Shown here: piece after piece, positions 62,353-64,000 of the stretch
How positions within the stretch are numbered: position 1 is the stretch's first letter
Layout: each line of letters opens with the position of its first letter
NCBI GenBank assembly: GCA_051546255.1
Contig: CP128818.1
Location: 248,001-312,000, forward strand
Origin: Meyerozyma guilliermondii
Lineage: Eukaryota
Direction: 5' to 3'
DNA: 64,000 nucleotides
Made by a program: the position numbers and the translations under genes
The notes under the pieces: model-generated
The model's database searches: none
What the model saw: only the letters and a program-made list of their open reading frames with translations
Told to the model about the DNA's origin: nothing

Positions 62353-64000
62353 CTAATCCTTCCATCCGCTGTCTTCCTTGGCAGCCTTGCGCTCCATCTC
62401 GTCCCAGTCTTCACCCTCACTTTCACTGACATCAGAACCGGACCCAGACCCAGACCCAGACTCGGAGTATGCGTCTTCTTCGCTCACACTGTCGTCTTCG
62501 TCCGAGGGATCAACGTCAGATGCTTCAAACTCCGATTCTTCTTCCTCGGATTCTTCGTCTTCAGAATCGTCTCCAGCAAGAATACCCCATCCTCCGTCTT
62601 CGAAAAACTGATATGGATCGGCCTGAACCGTCTTCATAATAGCAGGCCAGTTCAAGTTCATCTGCCACTCACTGTAAGGAATGTCCACATCCGTCAACCA
62701 CGACTTGACATCTTCCAACACTTCCATAGGAATCGAATTTATATGGGCAACCGGTCTCTTAAAATCTTTGAAAACAAACACCAAATCGAAATTCTTGAGT
62801 CCAAATTGTACTCTTTCCAACTGGGCAATTTCAATCTCTTCCAAGGTAATAACCAAGTATGGTGGGTCAATAAGAGACACTAAACAGTAAGCAGTGGGCA
62901 TACAGAACACCGCCAGTCTGAATGGTACACCTTGGAATCCAAGCTCTCTGAATGGAGTTTCTGCATCAACCATTCCATGCAGAGAGTCCACAATAAGCTG
63001 AGTGAATGCCTTGAATTCCTTATCCAACGCAGCTTTCCGACGACGTTCTTCCTGCTCCTGTTGAAGTTCATCCTCGTCTCCATATCTGTACTTTCTCTTT
63101 CTTCCACCAGTCTCGTCAAACGACATTTCACTAGCTTCTCGGTAGAACTGGACGTCCAATGTTTTCTTCTTTCCGATCATAATTGGGCTCTTCAAATGAC
63201 AGTGAATCAACACAATAAGCTCATCTTTGCACGACTGGAAGAAAAGATGTTTAATGTTCGAGAACAACACATCCACCTTGTGATCAGACTTGAACGTCAG
63301 AAGGTATCGCAAACCATTTTCGTGGATCTGCAAAACTCCCGCTACTTTCTTTGTATCTGGCTGTGGACGAACATAAACCTGTTCAAGTTTACGTACCCTC
63401 GAACCCTTCAATTCAACCAAAGATGCTTGTGTCACAACGTCAGCCATTTGCTTTTTCTCTTGTTCTCTCTTCACAGCATCTTTCTTCATGTCGGAAATCG
63501 CTTTGTACACATCCACCATTCGCTGATGATCTCTCAGTCTCAATGTCACCGACCTCAAAAACTGGAAATCAGGATCGTCCTCGTACGGCAATTCCGCTCT
63601 CTTAGCACCAAAAGCTCCAGCTCCGGGAGAATTGAAGTTGAGACGAAGATAAGTGAAATCTCCTTCTTCGTTCTGCAGTCCGTTTTTGAACGCATTGATG
63701 TGGAAAACAACTGGACGGCCGGAAATGGGAATGAGAATGGTCTGACTCTTGTAGTCTACATGGATTCTCAAGTCTCTTACCGTCAGCGGGATCTGCGATT
63801 CGCGAATATAAGACTCATATCTCTTGAAAATGGGTTTAGTTTCCGATCCGTCAGCAGCATCATCTTTTGAAAAACGAGCCAAACCTTCCTGCTGGCGCTT
63901 TTCATGAAGCCGCTTTTGCTGCTCTTGACGAATCTGCTCGGCATTTGTCTCATCTTCCGCCTGTTCGTTTCTTGTCCTGTTCTTGAGATTTCTGCCACTG
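62353..64000 (-). CDS. SPT16: FACT subunit Spt16; 5' part outside the window
   Basis: Frame open to the window edge; [47 protein letters not shown]. Confidence 0.95.
   Translation of the reverse strand, partial: SGRNLKNRTRNEQAEDETNAEQIRQEQQKRLHEKRQQEGLARFSKDDAADGSETKPIFKRYESYIRESQIPLTVRDLRIHVDYKSQTILIPISGRPVVFHINAFKNGLQNEEGDFTYLRLNFNSPGAGAFGAKRAELPYEDDPDFQFLRSVTLRLRDHQRMVDVYKAISDMKKDAVKREQEKKQMADVVTQASLVELKGSRVRKLEQVYVRPQPDTKKVAGVLQIHENGLRYLLTFKSDHKVDVLFSNIKHLFFQSCKDELIVLIHCHLKSPIMIGKKKTLDVQFYREASEMSFDETGGRKRKYRYGDEDELQQEQEERRRKAALDKEFKAFTQLIVDSLHGMVDAETPFRELGFQGVPFRLAVFCMPTAYCLVSLIDPPYLVITLEEIEIAQLERVQFGLKNFDLVFVFKDFKRPVAHINSIPMEVLEDVKSWLTDVDIPYSEWQMNLNWPAIMKTVQADPYQFFEDGGWGILAGDDSEDEESEEEESEFEASDVDPSDEDDSVSEEDAYSESGSGSGSGSDVSESEGEDWDEMERKAAKEDSGWKD

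Noticed and set aside
62932..63870. 312-aa ORF antisense to SPT16
   Set aside because: Shadow ORF of a conserved gene

Overview
Gene-dense, almost intron-free chromosomal DNA from a budding yeast that reads CTG as Ser (CUG-Ser/Serinales clade). Invariant motifs only read correctly that way, e.g. Rab P-loop GD[CTG]GVGKS and RNR IDQ[CTG]QS. The species cannot be fixed from sequence alone. About 36 protein-coding genes, two of them truncated by the window edges (ADE3-like, SPT16), are dominated by transcription and ribosome-biogenesis factors (HMO1, SDA1, BRF1, DBP8, TFB2, RET1, NOC2, ELP2, SRB2, DBP4, RPC53, SAS10, CCL1, HIT1), often head-to-head across only ~90-130 bp. I found no tRNA, rRNA, transposon or CRISPR. 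The most notable observations are: an RNR large subunit with intact catalytic motifs but a degenerate ATP cone (KRDG lost, D57 equivalent apparently Leu); a duplicated 30-nt hairpin/TTAYGTAA array between CCT4 and CDC123; a TGCA-saturated 1.4-kb intergenic region; an ARMH3/C10orf76-like gene; a 42-nt intron in SRB2; CTD-like heptads in Sas10; and a tandem duplication of the YPT31 stop region whose read-through frame ends in CCA*. All gene names come from motif recognition and memory, not database searches.
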